The notes below the pieces were generated by a model. It searched no databases. It saw only the letters and a program-made list of their open reading frames with translations, and was not told the DNA's origin. From IMG/VR virus record IMGVR_UViG_3300035034_002688: a DNA stretch of 64,000 nt; one strand, 5' to 3'. The position numbers and the translations under genes are program-made. The stretch is from an uncultured virus (IMG/VR IMGVR_UViG_3300035034_002688) (Duplodnaviria; Heunggongvirae; Uroviricota; Caudoviricetes). Each line of letters starts with the position of its first letter. Position 1 is the stretch's first letter. Below, in pieces: positions 19,178 to 29,200 of the stretch.

Positions 19178-20832
19178 TGACTCACAAGACTACACGCATG
19201 TCCAAGGCCGGTCAGGTCTTCTTGCACTTCACCAGCCGCAAAGACGCTGGCTTGATCAAGCGGTCTGGCAAGCTGTGGTCGTCGAGCTATGTTGAGGGCG
19301 TCTACGCCATCGAAGAGGGGGGCGCCTACATACCCGGAGTCCAACAGGGTTCATTGGGCCGCACGAAGGTCCGCGACACGGCGGTCGTTTTCACGACGCG
19401 AGTGCCTCCCAACCAGCGCTACTCGGAGGAGACCATCTGGTATGCGGATTCGATTCCCGTGCGCGTTCTGGAGGTCCTCCCCGTGGACCGAGCCGTATCG
19501 AAGTACCTCTACGTGCCGGGGTCAGACTCGAAGCTGTACACGAAGATGGAGGAAGCCGCGCGTAAGCTCCAGGAAGACCCTGCGATCACGCGGAAGGCAA
19601 AGTCGCTTCTTGGCGTGGACTGCAAGGTCTTCCTGGACATCCCCGCCGAACTTCGAGGGGGCAAGGTGCGGGTCGTGTTGTATCTGATGATGTCGCCCGG
19701 CGCTGACCCAAACATCCCCTCCGAGCGCGACCTTGGACGCATCCTGCAAGAGGCCTTGGAGGCGCAAGGCCTCTCGGTACAGGTCACCCCGGAAGACTTC
19801 TCCCTGGAAGATCGTACGGGCCCGGACAGCCTGTATAACGACACGCTCATGACTGCGTTCTTCCTGGTCGAGGAGCCTTCCGGATCACGTAAGGGTACGT
19901 CCCACCAGCGCGAGCTTGCTGTACGCGTCGCATCACTGTGGAGCCATCGTGAGCGTCTCGCGGGAGCGCCCGCGCGTGCGCGTCAAGATATGGCCAAGAA
20001 GCTCCTGTCGCACCTGCTCCGTAATGCGAACTGGATTCCTTCGGCTTTCAGCGACGGCCTGGAAGCCATCGTGCCCGCTCAACAGCTTCTGAGTCTACCG
20101 GAGTGGCCTGCGAACACTCCCGCGCGCCTGCGAGTACAGGTGAGTACGCGTCTCCAGACGTCCTCATACAGCGCCTCAAGGATTCGCCTCAAGGTCCGTG
20201 AGGAGCCCACAGAGGAGAACATCTACCTCCTCCTGGGGACTCCGCGTGTGCGGTCCTCTTTGCTCCACGAGCTGGTGCATTACGTGGACGACATGGCGCA
20301 GCGTCTCAACCTCTCCAAGGACTACGACTCCTCGAACCGCGACACGTACTTCAACGAGGCCGGCGAAATCAGCGCCTATGTTGGCCAGCTCGCCGGGTCG
20401 GTCGGCTCTACGTCCATGCGACGACTGCGCAAGGCCTTGCGTGGGGTCCGCAGCGGCAAGCCTCTCCACACGGTGCTGTGGGAGGTACCGGAGCTGTCAG
20501 GTTGGGGCAGCGAATACTTCACCGAGCTGCTCGACGTAAGCAGCATCACCGACAACCCCCTACGAAACGGGGACTACTTCAACAAGCTCGACGTCTCCCA
20601 TCTCAAGCTCTTGGGCAAGCACCTCAAGCCCAAGGAGCGTCGCACCTTCCTCCGGGACCTGTACCTTTCCCTGGAGCGCATCCGACGTCGTGAGCTGATT
20701 CCGGAGGTGGCGAAGTTCCTCAAGAGCCGGCCCGAGGTCCTGGAGGTCGAGGAGGACGAGGAATACTCATGGAAGCCCTCGGGCCCCAAGACCGCCAAGG
20801 CGTGGTGGGCGTGGCTCCTCAAGCAGGCTTGA
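19177..20832 (+). CDS. Multidomain protein: N-terminal ART-like (H-Y-E) domain and C-terminal zincin metallopeptidase
   Basis: TGATG coupling, GGAGG RBS; FLHFTS...IKRSG...GVYAI...EETIW; LLHELVHYVD...YFNEAGEISAY. Confidence 0.6.
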   Translation: MTHKTTRMSKAGQVFLHFTSRKDAGLIKRSGKLWSSSYVEGVYAIEEGGAYIPGVQQGSLGRTKVRDTAVVFTTRVPPNQRYSEETIWYADSIPVRVLEVLPVDRAVSKYLYVPGSDSKLYTKMEEAARKLQEDPAITRKAKSLLGVDCKVFLDIPAELRGGKVRVVLYLMMSPGADPNIPSERDLGRILQEALEAQGLSVQVTPEDFSLEDRTGPDSLYNDTLMTAFFLVEEPSGSRKGTSHQRELAVRVASLWSHRERLAGAPARARQDMAKKLLSHLLRNANWIPSAFSDGLEAIVPAQQLLSLPEWPANTPARLRVQVSTRLQTSSYSASRIRLKVREEPTEENIYLLLGTPRVRSSLLHELVHYVDDMAQRLNLSKDYDSSNRDTYFNEAGEISAYVGQLAGSVGSTSMRRLRKALRGVRSGKPLHTVLWEVPELSGWGSEYFTELLDVSSITDNPLRNGDYFNKLDVSHLKLLGKHLKPKERRTFLRDLYLSLERIRRRELIPEVAKFLKSRPEVLEVEEDEEYSWKPSGPKTAKAWWAWLLKQA

Positions 20833-20919
20833 AGATAGTTCTTATAACGACGTGATCGTGAACGCCCCCGGCGCATGGTGCCGGGTTTACGCAGCCTCAT
20901 CGCTACGACGGACTCCCAC

Positions 20920-21408
20920 ATGACACTCTCTCAACGCGTAGCTCGCCTGTATATGGCCGGGATCTATGAGTACACCCACCGCCTCAGGCACCATCGCTAT
21001 GATGGACCCGATCGCACGTGGGCCGAGCAGCTCCAGCTCCTCATTGATACTCTCTATTTGGCTGTGGAGATGTACGACGACCGCAGCGCAAGGGAGGCAG
21101 TAGGTGCGGTCTCCCGAGACCTCCCGGCGCTCTTTGCGCACGCCCAGAACCAGGATGACATCGCCAATGAGGAGGACCTCCTCGTGGCTCTTGATGCGAC
21201 CACCGCCGCGCTCATGGACGCAGACCGCATTGAACATGAGGTCGTCACCGAGGTAGCCGTCGCACTGGAAGCCGTTCTCAGCTCCGGTGATCTGGACGAG
21301 ATCCCGTACTCCCTCAACGTGACTCGCATTTACGAGATCCCGTCTCCGAAGGGACTCGACCGTCGCGCAGTCCAGAAGATCGTCCGAGCCTACCGCCTCC
21401 AGCGATAA
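20920..21408 (+). CDS. Hypothetical helical protein (162 aa)
   Basis: ATG 20920; starts MTLSQRVARLY. Confidence 0.6.
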   Translation: MTLSQRVARLYMAGIYEYTHRLRHHRYDGPDRTWAEQLQLLIDTLYLAVEMYDDRSAREAVGAVSRDLPALFAHAQNQDDIANEEDLLVALDATTAALMDADRIEHEVVTEVAVALEAVLSSGDLDEIPYSLNVTRIYEIPSPKGLDRRAVQKIVRAYRLQR

Positions 21409-21464
21409 GCCCTGCCAGCTCCGGTCGGTATGGATACGATCACCCACAGCACTTGAGACCTATC

Positions 21465-22115
21465 ATGAGCAACGCACTACTCAAGCCCGGCACTTACGTC
21501 CCCGATGAGCACGACGTCTTCGTACAGAAGCGTCGCAAGGCTCTGTTGCAGATGCTGGTCTTTTACGGCATGACCCTGGCGGGCCTGGGTTCGATCGCGT
21601 TCGCGGTCTATGGCGCGGAGGACCTCGGGGGAGCCTGGGTTGCCTTCGGCTTCACCATCGTGTGCTTGCTCATCTCAATCTGGGGCACGTACAGCTTCTA
21701 CACGCGCGCTACCTTTGGTTATCAGATCGTGAGCGGACGAATCCGGATGCTCTTCGAGACGGTCGACTACTACGTCCCGCCTCACATCATGGAGCCCTAC
21801 CTCCTGGGTATCATGACCATGTTCGATCGGTTCTTCCTGGAGAAGTACGGGAAGCCTACACAAGATGTCGTGGAAGTACGGCTGCTCTTGTTGGGTCGTC
21901 GCCCTATCGACCCGATCAAGCGCGGCGACCCGGATAAGTTGGTCGGGACCTCGTACTTCGGCCAATCGACCAGTAACGTGTACGGCCCTTACGCTTTGAA
22001 CGAGGGAGGCCTCGGATACGAGTTTCGCCTCCAGCTTTGTCACTACATCATCCCCGACACCACTGAGCCCGAGAAGCTCCAGTGGATGCTCGACAATGAC
22101 CTCTACAACGACTGA
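21465..22115 (+). CDS. Membrane protein with two predicted TM helices
   Basis: Hydrophobic ALLQMLVFYGMTLAGLGSIAFAVY and AWVAFGFTIVCLLISIWGTY. Confidence 0.7.
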   Translation: MSNALLKPGTYVPDEHDVFVQKRRKALLQMLVFYGMTLAGLGSIAFAVYGAEDLGGAWVAFGFTIVCLLISIWGTYSFYTRATFGYQIVSGRIRMLFETVDYYVPPHIMEPYLLGIMTMFDRFFLEKYGKPTQDVVEVRLLLLGRRPIDPIKRGDPDKLVGTSYFGQSTSNVYGPYALNEGGLGYEFRLQLCHYIIPDTTEPEKLQWMLDNDLYND

Positions 22116-22126
22116 AGGATACGACC

Positions 22127-22729
22127 ATGCCCCAGAAACTACACATCAAGATCGCCTCGGTCCCTGGACAGGAGCGTAGCCTCTTTGATCGCGTCGTCCG
22201 ACTGGCGTACACCACGCCCGAGCTGCGGCCTCAGCTCCTCCCGATGCTCAAGGATGCGGCGCGTTCGATCGGCCTCAACACGCTCAAGGATCTCCACGAG
22301 TACCGAGGCACGTTCGCGATCCTGTCGGCGTACCGTCCGATGTCGAAGTCGGACAACAAGGCACGGCACGGCGAGCTGATTCGTGATCTCCAGGTCATGG
22401 GGTACCGGAGCTGGTTCGACGCCAAGGGCTACTGGACCCACACCGAGAAGAGCGTGATGGTCCCCCGCATGACCTTTGGACACGCCGTGGAGCTTGGTCG
22501 CAAGTACAACCAGGATGCCGTGGTCTACAAGGGCAAGGACGGTCTCGTGGGGATCTATGACCTCCGCACCAACACCGTTCAGGTCGCCGGCCCGAACGTC
22601 GACATCTCCTCCGACCCTGCCGATGCCGTCACGAAGTTCCGCAACACGGGCCTCACGTACGAGTTGAGCGAAGCCCACTACCCCTTCAGCGGCCCCATGA
22701 CTCAGGACAAGCTCCGCTCTATGCAGTGA
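22127..22729 (+). CDS. DUF3293-like domain protein
   Basis: FAILSAYRP...NKARHGELIRDL...GYW..TEKSVMVP...AVELGRKYNQDAV. Confidence 0.6.
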   Translation: MPQKLHIKIASVPGQERSLFDRVVRLAYTTPELRPQLLPMLKDAARSIGLNTLKDLHEYRGTFAILSAYRPMSKSDNKARHGELIRDLQVMGYRSWFDAKGYWTHTEKSVMVPRMTFGHAVELGRKYNQDAVVYKGKDGLVGIYDLRTNTVQVAGPNVDISSDPADAVTKFRNTGLTYELSEAHYPFSGPMTQDKLRSMQ

Positions 22730-23285
22730 GCCTTCCGTGGAAGTCCGCTCCCTCCGGGGCGCAGTCACGGAGAGGGACCTCTCCAGCCTTGAAGCAAATC
22801 CAGGTCTCTCCCAGAGCCAGCCACAAGGTCCCGTCCGAAGATGCCGCGACCTGCGTGAGTTGAGAGCCTTCCAGACCTCTTCCCCAAATGGGGAGGGGGT
22901 CTTTCTCTGTGGTAGGTTCTGAACGTGCTCGGTCAAAGCTCCAACCTTCGCGTCCTACAGGGGCCCACAAATCCAGTCTAACGGGCGGCGCTCCCTTGGC
23001 GGACAAGTACAGCGCGGTGCCTCGGTCAAACGGCTCTACGGCGACGCATCGACGTCCCAGGTCCTTTGCCAGCTCCTTGTACGCGTTCCACTCTCCTCCC
23101 GAATGGCCGAGGGCGCACCACATCAGGACCTCATGGTGCGCCAGCTCGTTATGGGAGTCCCACCTGAGGTAGCGTCCCTCCACTCCTCGAAGCTTCGCAG
23201 CTTCCACGAGCGCCGTGTCGTCTTCCCAGTTGAGGAAGTTAAGCGGTCTACCCGTCTTTGCCCGCTGTCGGTTCAAATCATCCAT
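22719..23285 (-). CDS. Hypothetical protein
   Basis: Overlaps the upstream minus-strand gene end; ATG 23285. Confidence 0.55.
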   Translation of the reverse strand: MDDLNRQRAKTGRPLNFLNWEDDTALVEAAKLRGVEGRYLRWDSHNELAHHEVLMWCALGHSGGEWNAYKELAKDLGRRCVAVEPFDRGTALYLSAKGAPPVRLDLWAPVGREGWSFDRARSEPTTEKDPLPIWGRGLEGSQLTQVAASSDGTLWLALGETWICFKAGEVPLRDCAPEGADFHGRLTA

Positions 23286-23652
23286 GACCCACCACCCAGT
23301 TCCGGTCGGCCGCACGCACGCGCGACTGTATGCAGCCCTTCGTCCTCTTTTTCAGCGTCTGGAAGACCCCCGCCTCGTGCGGAGTGGCTTCCTCAGGCAT
23401 GACGAAGAAGCCTCCCGAGATTCCCTCCTTTCGCACCACATCCCGCAGCTCCTTTGCCACGTCGACGCCGTACCGAAGGTCGAGCCCGAAGTTGGGCCCT
23501 GAGGACCTCATCAGCAGCGCGCACTTCGGACAGTGCATCGTGTTTCGGTTCTTGAAGGATGGCCCGTACTGCCCGCAGCAGTCGCAGATATCTCCTCCGT
23601 ACTCCTCCCACCCAAGATGTCGGGCGAGCTTCAGATCCGTGTCTCTATCCAT
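23278..23652 (-). CDS. Small zinc-finger protein (124 aa)
   Basis: CDCC...HCPKC; GGAGGAG RBS; promoter upstream. Confidence 0.6.
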   Translation of the reverse strand: MDRDTDLKLARHLGWEEYGGDICDCCGQYGPSFKNRNTMHCPKCALLMRSSGPNFGLDLRYGVDVAKELRDVVRKEGISGGFFVMPEEATPHEAGVFQTLKKRTKGCIQSRVRAADRNWVVGHG

Positions 23653-23683
23653 CTCATACTCCTCCGTGAGGGTTAACGTCTCC

Positions 23684-23712
23684 TGTATACCACAGCACGA
23701 GAGAGCCGTAAA
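23684..23712 (-). promoter_or_regulatory. Sigma70-like promoter (shared family)
   Basis: TTTACG-N17-TATACA with TGTGG before the -10. Confidence 0.7.
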
Positions 23713-23767
23713 AGCTAATCGTTTTATAGTCTGGGAGGGTGTCACGTGGGATATAAGGAGGCAGTAA

Positions 23768-24760
23768 ATGAGCAAGGTACTTACTTTTGATCGCATTCAG
23801 GCGGGACTCCAGGCGCTCAAGAAGCTGGGCATCCAGCGCGAGACCTTCACGGTCCTGGGGGTGGAGCTGACGATTGCGACGGTGGACAGCAAGGCCCATC
23901 AGGAGATCAACACCTACGTCACCTCCTACATGCAGGCCTATGAGGAGGGAGATGGGGACTCGGCGTACAACTTTGACGCGACCCTGGACTTCTTCCTCGT
24001 ACGCAAGGTCGAGGTCCTCTCGCACGCCATCCTCAAGATGGGTGATCTGGACTTCGAGGGTGTTGAGTGGGTGGAGACCGGAGACAAGCATCCGGACAAC
24101 AGCTCGAAGGTTAAGGTCGCCAAGAGCAAGTTCTTGCGCGACCTCTTGATGGGAGTGGACCAGACGGTCGTGGACGTGGCCTACCGCAAGTACGCCGAGC
24201 TGATCGAGCTTGCCGAATCGCGCAGCGTCGAAGGTGTCGTGTTCCGTGATCTGGAGGATGAGCTGTCCAAGGCTCGCGCGACCGTCGCCCGTCTGGAAGA
24301 TGAGTTGGGCAAGGGCAAGGAAGAGGGCAACGACACGGAAGACGGCGAGAAGGTTGAAGAGGTCCTGACCGAGGAGAGCGTGCGTGATCGCATGTTTGGG
24401 GTCGTCTCCGAAGAGGAGAGCGTGGCCCTTGGAGACCGTTCGATCCTTTCGGAGCTGGAGGCCGAGCCCGTGACGGTGGAGGAGCCTGTGGAGAGGATTC
24501 AGGCCGGCTCGACCACGTTCGTGCGGCTCGACGAGCCTGACGCCCCCCTCTCCGACGAAGAGGAGACCTACCTACGCGCGCAGGAGGAGTTGCACCAGCA
24601 GCGCTACGGCGAGCCTCGTCAGCCCCTCAATCAGACCCCTCCCCAGCTACACTCCGGGACGCTCCCGTCTCAGGGTGGGCCCCGTCGAGTCGTGCGCGGG
24701 TCGCAAGCGCTTCCCCCCGACTTCGAGATTCACCAGGGTATCCACAGCGATGACACGTGA
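23768..24760 (+). CDS. Putative tail assembly chaperone
   Basis: AAGGAGG RBS; acidic helical protein two genes upstream of the tape measure (positional inference). Confidence 0.5.
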   Translation: MSKVLTFDRIQAGLQALKKLGIQRETFTVLGVELTIATVDSKAHQEINTYVTSYMQAYEEGDGDSAYNFDATLDFFLVRKVEVLSHAILKMGDLDFEGVEWVETGDKHPDNSSKVKVAKSKFLRDLLMGVDQTVVDVAYRKYAELIELAESRSVEGVVFRDLEDELSKARATVARLEDELGKGKEEGNDTEDGEKVEEVLTEESVRDRMFGVVSEEESVALGDRSILSELEAEPVTVEEPVERIQAGSTTFVRLDEPDAPLSDEEETYLRAQEELHQQRYGEPRQPLNQTPPQLHSGTLPSQGGPRRVVRGSQALPPDFEIHQGIHSDDT

Positions 24761-25947
24761 TGAGCAGATTGACTACCCGCTACGAAGACGTGGAGTCGAT
24801 GCTGTTCCAGGGGTTCGTGAGTACGCGGTGTTCCATCCAGGGGGTCCCGATCGTCCTCAAGACCTTGACGGAGATGGAGGCAAGCCTCGTCCTGCTCCAG
24901 GGTGAGGACCTCTCCACGGACTGGCGTACACACACGGCCTACTATCTGGCCTACAGCACGCTCTTCTTCAACAGACAGTTGGTGCTCCCCGTCCGAGATG
25001 ACTGGCTCCCCGAACTGGCCGACTCGTACCTGGAGTTTTCGGACCGGGTGCTCGTGACGCTGTTGCGCTCGCTCCGCAGGCTCAATCAAAGGTCGACGCA
25101 GGCGCTGCTCAAGGTGCAGGCGTACACGTATGGTGCCGCGTCCCGAGAGCGCTGGTTGGGACTCAACGGCACCCCCTTGTGTGATCCGAGGGTCACGGGA
25201 ATCCGGGGGAGCGAGTACCTGGGGTTGAACTACCACCAGCGGCTGTGGACCTACCTCAACGTTCACGACGACATCAACGAAAACTACATGCTCAACTATG
25301 GGCTCGCCAAGTTCCAGGTCTCTCCACACGCGCCCAAGGAGATCCAGAAGATGGACCGGCGTGATGCGACCCGGATCAAAGACCGCCAGAGCAAGAGAGA
25401 CGCGCTCTTCCACGGTCGCAAAAACCCGCTGGCTGAGGGAGAGAGCGTACGCGTCAGCGCGGAGAGCCCTCAGGAGCTGCTTGAGCAGATGGAGCGGACG
25501 ATGCGAGGCGAGAAGGACTTCCACGACCTCGTGATCGAAGAGCACAGCAAACGCGTCCGCATGCGTTACCTGGAGCGCGAGGCAGAGAGAAGCCGAATGG
25601 CACGTCAGGGACGCGAGCGCGCCTTGCGCTTGAGGGAGCTGGAGGGTTCACAGAAAGAGGTCACGGGCTTGAGCCGAGAAGAGGTCGAGCACATCGTCCA
25701 CAAGAACCGCGACGAGGACGCTCGGGCACGAGAGAACCCGCTATGGGCTGACCCAAGCGTACGGGCCGAGCAGGAGCGTAATCTCATCCGCTGGGGCTTC
25801 GTACAGAACGAGGACATCCCGGAGGACCGCAGGGATTGGTACGACGACATGGGCTACCGCGTTAAGCGCTCGACCTCGGACCTGACCGAAAATCCACTGA
25901 TGCGAGAGTATTACCAGAAGGAGACGCCTGAGCGTGATCCCGACTGA
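24757..25947 (+). CDS. Putative tail assembly chaperone-like protein
   Basis: Coupled to previous gene; immediately precedes the tape measure gene. Confidence 0.45.
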   Translation: MMSRLTTRYEDVESMLFQGFVSTRCSIQGVPIVLKTLTEMEASLVLLQGEDLSTDWRTHTAYYLAYSTLFFNRQLVLPVRDDWLPELADSYLEFSDRVLVTLLRSLRRLNQRSTQALLKVQAYTYGAASRERWLGLNGTPLCDPRVTGIRGSEYLGLNYHQRLWTYLNVHDDINENYMLNYGLAKFQVSPHAPKEIQKMDRRDATRIKDRQSKRDALFHGRKNPLAEGESVRVSAESPQELLEQMERTMRGEKDFHDLVIEEHSKRVRMRYLEREAERSRMARQGRERALRLRELEGSQKEVTGLSREEVEHIVHKNRDEDARARENPLWADPSVRAEQERNLIRWGFVQNEDIPEDRRDWYDDMGYRVKRSTSDLTENPLMREYYQKETPERDPD

Positions 25948-25972
25948 CCCCTGATAAAGAGAGACGAACCCC

Positions 25973-28900
25973 ATGGCCAAAGATATCCAGGAGCTGATTG
26001 TATCGGTTGGCCAAAGGGGCATGGCTGACCTTGAGCGCACGTTCAAGAACCTGGACGGGGTGGTCGGCAACTCTTTGGAGGGTCTGTCTCGGTACAACCG
26101 CAAGCTCTCGGAGGACTCGTCCGCCGCTGAAACGCAAGTCAAGGCCATCCACAACACCTTGACGACCCTGGAGAGGGGCATCGCGAGCGCGGGCAAGGGC
26201 CTCTCGACGACCTTTGACGGGCGGCAGATCGCGCAGTTCGACACCAAGCTGCGTGGGATGCGTCGTCAGCTCGACAAGACCCGTGATGCGTTGGAGGGTG
26301 CAGCGCTCTCGGGAGATAAGGCGACCGAACGCGCCATGCGCACCCGCCTGGGTTCGATCCAGAAGACGATCGACGCTGAGGTCTCGGGGTTCAGCAAGCT
26401 CTACACGTCTCATCGTGAACAGTTCGAGCAGCTCTCCAAGCTCCAGAAGCGAGGCCTCGGCCAGAACGTGGCGGCGGGTGGTAAGGGTGCCGCGAACCTC
26501 ATCTCTCAGGTCAGCGGCGGGAACCTCAAGGGCGCAGCGGGTACTCTCGGACAGGCAGGCAAGGTTGGTTTCCAGAGCGCGCAGCGTCGTGCCTTTGCCG
26601 GTGCCGCTGGGGGCAGTGCCGGGGCCGCAGGACTCTCCAGTGCGCTCGGGGGGTTGGCCAAGATTGCAGGACCTCTCGCGGCCGTTGCGGCCGTCGTCGG
26701 ATCACTGGTCAAGGCCTTCCTCGACCTGGACGCCAAGGTCAAAGACGTCAACAAGTCGATGCTCAAGAACGTCCCCTTGACGAGCCTCGCCGCCGATGGC
26801 TTCAGCGACATGAACGACAAGATCGCAGACGGTGAGAACGCGCTGGCGGACTTCCGAAACACAGTCTTGACCGACGCCGACTTGCGCATGCTCGGGATGA
26901 CTCCCGAGATGATGGCATCCACGATGGCGGCCATCGAGGAGCAGGCGGGGGGTCTCAGTCAGCTCCGCCGTGAGGGCTTCTCGGCACGCGACGCGTTGGA
27001 GGCCGCCCAGATCGCGGCCCTCAACCTCGGCGTGGACTCCAACGAGACCATGGGTCTGGTGGGGCAGCTCATGGACGTCACCAGCGCGTCGACGGGAGAG
27101 GCTCTGTCTTCCTTGAGTCAGATCGTATCCACGGCGCAAGATGCCGGAGTCTCCACGCGCAAGTTCTTCCAGGTCGTCCAGGGCGTCGTGGGTGAGATGG
27201 GGCTCTACAACTACCGGCTCGAAGAGACCGCCGCGTTGTTCGGGAAGCTCACCACCATCATGGACTCCAAGTCCGCCGAGTCGTTCGCCACGAGCCTGTC
27301 TTCGGCCATCAAGAACGCCTCGGCCACGGACAGGACCCGTACCTCCTTGATCGTGGGCTCGAAGACGATGGGGGAGATGACCGATCGAGCACAGGCGGCG
27401 GCAGCCAGTGGCATCAACGAGGACGTCCTCGCCAACGCCATGCGCAAGCTCGGGCTTGGCGCTCAGTTCCAGTCGGGTAACGTCGCAGGTTCGATGGGCG
27501 GCTTGAGCGAGAGGCAGCGTCTGGCGGTGATGTCGGCGGTGTCTGATGAGGACCAGGGACAGGGAGAGCGTCTCCGAAAGTTCGAGAACCTGCGTGGCGT
27601 CAACCGTAACAACGCCATGGAAGTCCAGGGTGCTATGGGGGACTTCAACCAGTACGACCAGATGGCTACTAAAATCATGGAGCTTGAGAAGTCCCTGTCG
27701 ATGCCTCTCTCGCAAATGAACTCGGTACTTACGGAGGGTATGGGCACGAACGAAGATCAGCTTCGTATCTTCAAGACCATCCAGGGGGAAGGCAAAGGCG
27801 ACATGGCCCGGCTTCAGATGCTTCTTGAGAAGGGCGTCGGCGGGTCCGCCTTCTCGGAAGCGGCCAAGGAGATGGGATACATCGTCTCCGAGGAGAACGG
27901 CAAGATCCTGGACTCTCAGGGTAACGAGATCAAGTCGTTCAATCAGCTCTTCGCCACGATGGACGATGAGAAGGCCAAGGACCTACAGGAGAAGCAGAAG
28001 ACCCTTGCCGAGAAGCAGTCGGACCTCCAGCGCACCATGCTCGACACGATCAAGTTTCAGCTCATGGATTTGGTCCAGGGTATTTACACTACGATCCTGG
28101 ACATTTACGACGCGTTGGTCAATTCAAAGTTCTTCGGGGGCAGCCAGGAGTCTCGTGACCGTTCGGCCATGGTTCGTAAGGAGATGAAGACTCGGGACCA
28201 GATCCGAACGATAGATCAGGATCTGGGATTGGCCCGCGAGCAGGGAGATTCAGGACGAGTGCGTGAGCTGGAGGCTCAGAGAGAGGCACTCAAGTCCAGC
28301 CTTGATACGCAGCAACGGGCCCGAAGGCATCTCAAGAAGAGCGGCTCTTTGGGCATGGCAGGCGCGACGGCACTTGCGAGCGGAGATCCGGCAACCGGAG
28401 GCTTGAGCTACGAATACAGCGGAGGCATGGGTCGCCGCTTTGAAGAAGACGAGTATTCAGGCCTCACGATGGGCGACAGCAAGCTGACCGGTATTGTAAC
28501 CTCTTCCGGGAAACGAATCACCGGAGAGGATGCGATCAAGGCCTTCGTCGCGGAGCAGGAGAAGAATAAAAAAGCGGCGCAGGGAACAATCGGCTCTCTG
28601 ATTCAGAGCAAGGTTGATGACGGCGAGGAGCTGTATCCCGAGGACGCCAAGAATCTCGCGGAGAAGACCAACAACTTGCTGGAGAGTAAAGGGATTCTGC
28701 TCGCTCCGAAGACCATCAAGGATCTCACAGATGTTATGCTCCAGGCTCAGATCGACAAGCAGGTGGTCAGTGAGATCATGCGCACGACCGGCCGAAGCAA
28801 GGCAGACTCCGAGTTCCTGCTTGGCAAGTACAAGAGCGGTGATGAGGCTGCGATTAATCAGGTCGGCAAGGAAGGGAACCTCCAGGGTATCTTCGCCAAC

Positions 28901-29200
28901 TACGGCGTACAGACGGCGCGTGATGCTCGCATCGTAACGGGCGGGATTCCCCTGTTGGACCTCCAGCCGGGAGACATCGTGGTCGACCAGTCCATGCTGG
29001 CCAACGCCGTGGCGGGCGGTGCAGGTCAATTCGTCCCCGACCTTCTGCGTTCAGCCGGCAACAAGGCGGGGCCCAGCTCCTCGTCTGACAGCACGCTCAA
29101 TGCCAACTTCTACATCAACGGAGGCAACCCCGGTGAGATCCGCACCGAGATCATGCGCGTCCTTGAGCAGTGGCAGAACCTCGGAGCGTCGAGAGGCTGA
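25973..29200 (+). CDS. Tape measure protein (1075 aa)
   Basis: Long helical Ala/Gly/Met-rich protein with a central hydrophobic segment, directly upstream of tube-initiator-like genes. Confidence 0.8.
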   Translation: MAKDIQELIVSVGQRGMADLERTFKNLDGVVGNSLEGLSRYNRKLSEDSSAAETQVKAIHNTLTTLERGIASAGKGLSTTFDGRQIAQFDTKLRGMRRQLDKTRDALEGAALSGDKATERAMRTRLGSIQKTIDAEVSGFSKLYTSHREQFEQLSKLQKRGLGQNVAAGGKGAANLISQVSGGNLKGAAGTLGQAGKVGFQSAQRRAFAGAAGGSAGAAGLSSALGGLAKIAGPLAAVAAVVGSLVKAFLDLDAKVKDVNKSMLKNVPLTSLAADGFSDMNDKIADGENALADFRNTVLTDADLRMLGMTPEMMASTMAAIEEQAGGLSQLRREGFSARDALEAAQIAALNLGVDSNETMGLVGQLMDVTSASTGEALSSLSQIVSTAQDAGVSTRKFFQVVQGVVGEMGLYNYRLEETAALFGKLTTIMDSKSAESFATSLSSAIKNASATDRTRTSLIVGSKTMGEMTDRAQAAAASGINEDVLANAMRKLGLGAQFQSGNVAGSMGGLSERQRLAVMSAVSDEDQGQGERLRKFENLRGVNRNNAMEVQGAMGDFNQYDQMATKIMELEKSLSMPLSQMNSVLTEGMGTNEDQLRIFKTIQGEGKGDMARLQMLLEKGVGGSAFSEAAKEMGYIVSEENGKILDSQGNEIKSFNQLFATMDDEKAKDLQEKQKTLAEKQSDLQRTMLDTIKFQLMDLVQGIYTTILDIYDALVNSKFFGGSQESRDRSAMVRKEMKTRDQIRTIDQDLGLAREQGDSGRVRELEAQREALKSSLDTQQRARRHLKKSGSLGMAGATALASGDPATGGLSYEYSGGMGRRFEEDEYSGLTMGDSKLTGIVTSSGKRITGEDAIKAFVAEQEKNKKAAQGTIGSLIQSKVDDGEELYPEDAKNLAEKTNNLLESKGILLAPKTIKDLTDVMLQAQIDKQVVSEIMRTTGRSKADSEFLLGKYKSGDEAAINQVGKEGNLQGIFANYGVQTARDARIVTGGIPLLDLQPGDIVVDQSMLANAVAGGAGQFVPDLLRSAGNKAGPSSSSDSTLNANFYINGGNPGEIRTEIMRVLEQWQNLGASRG

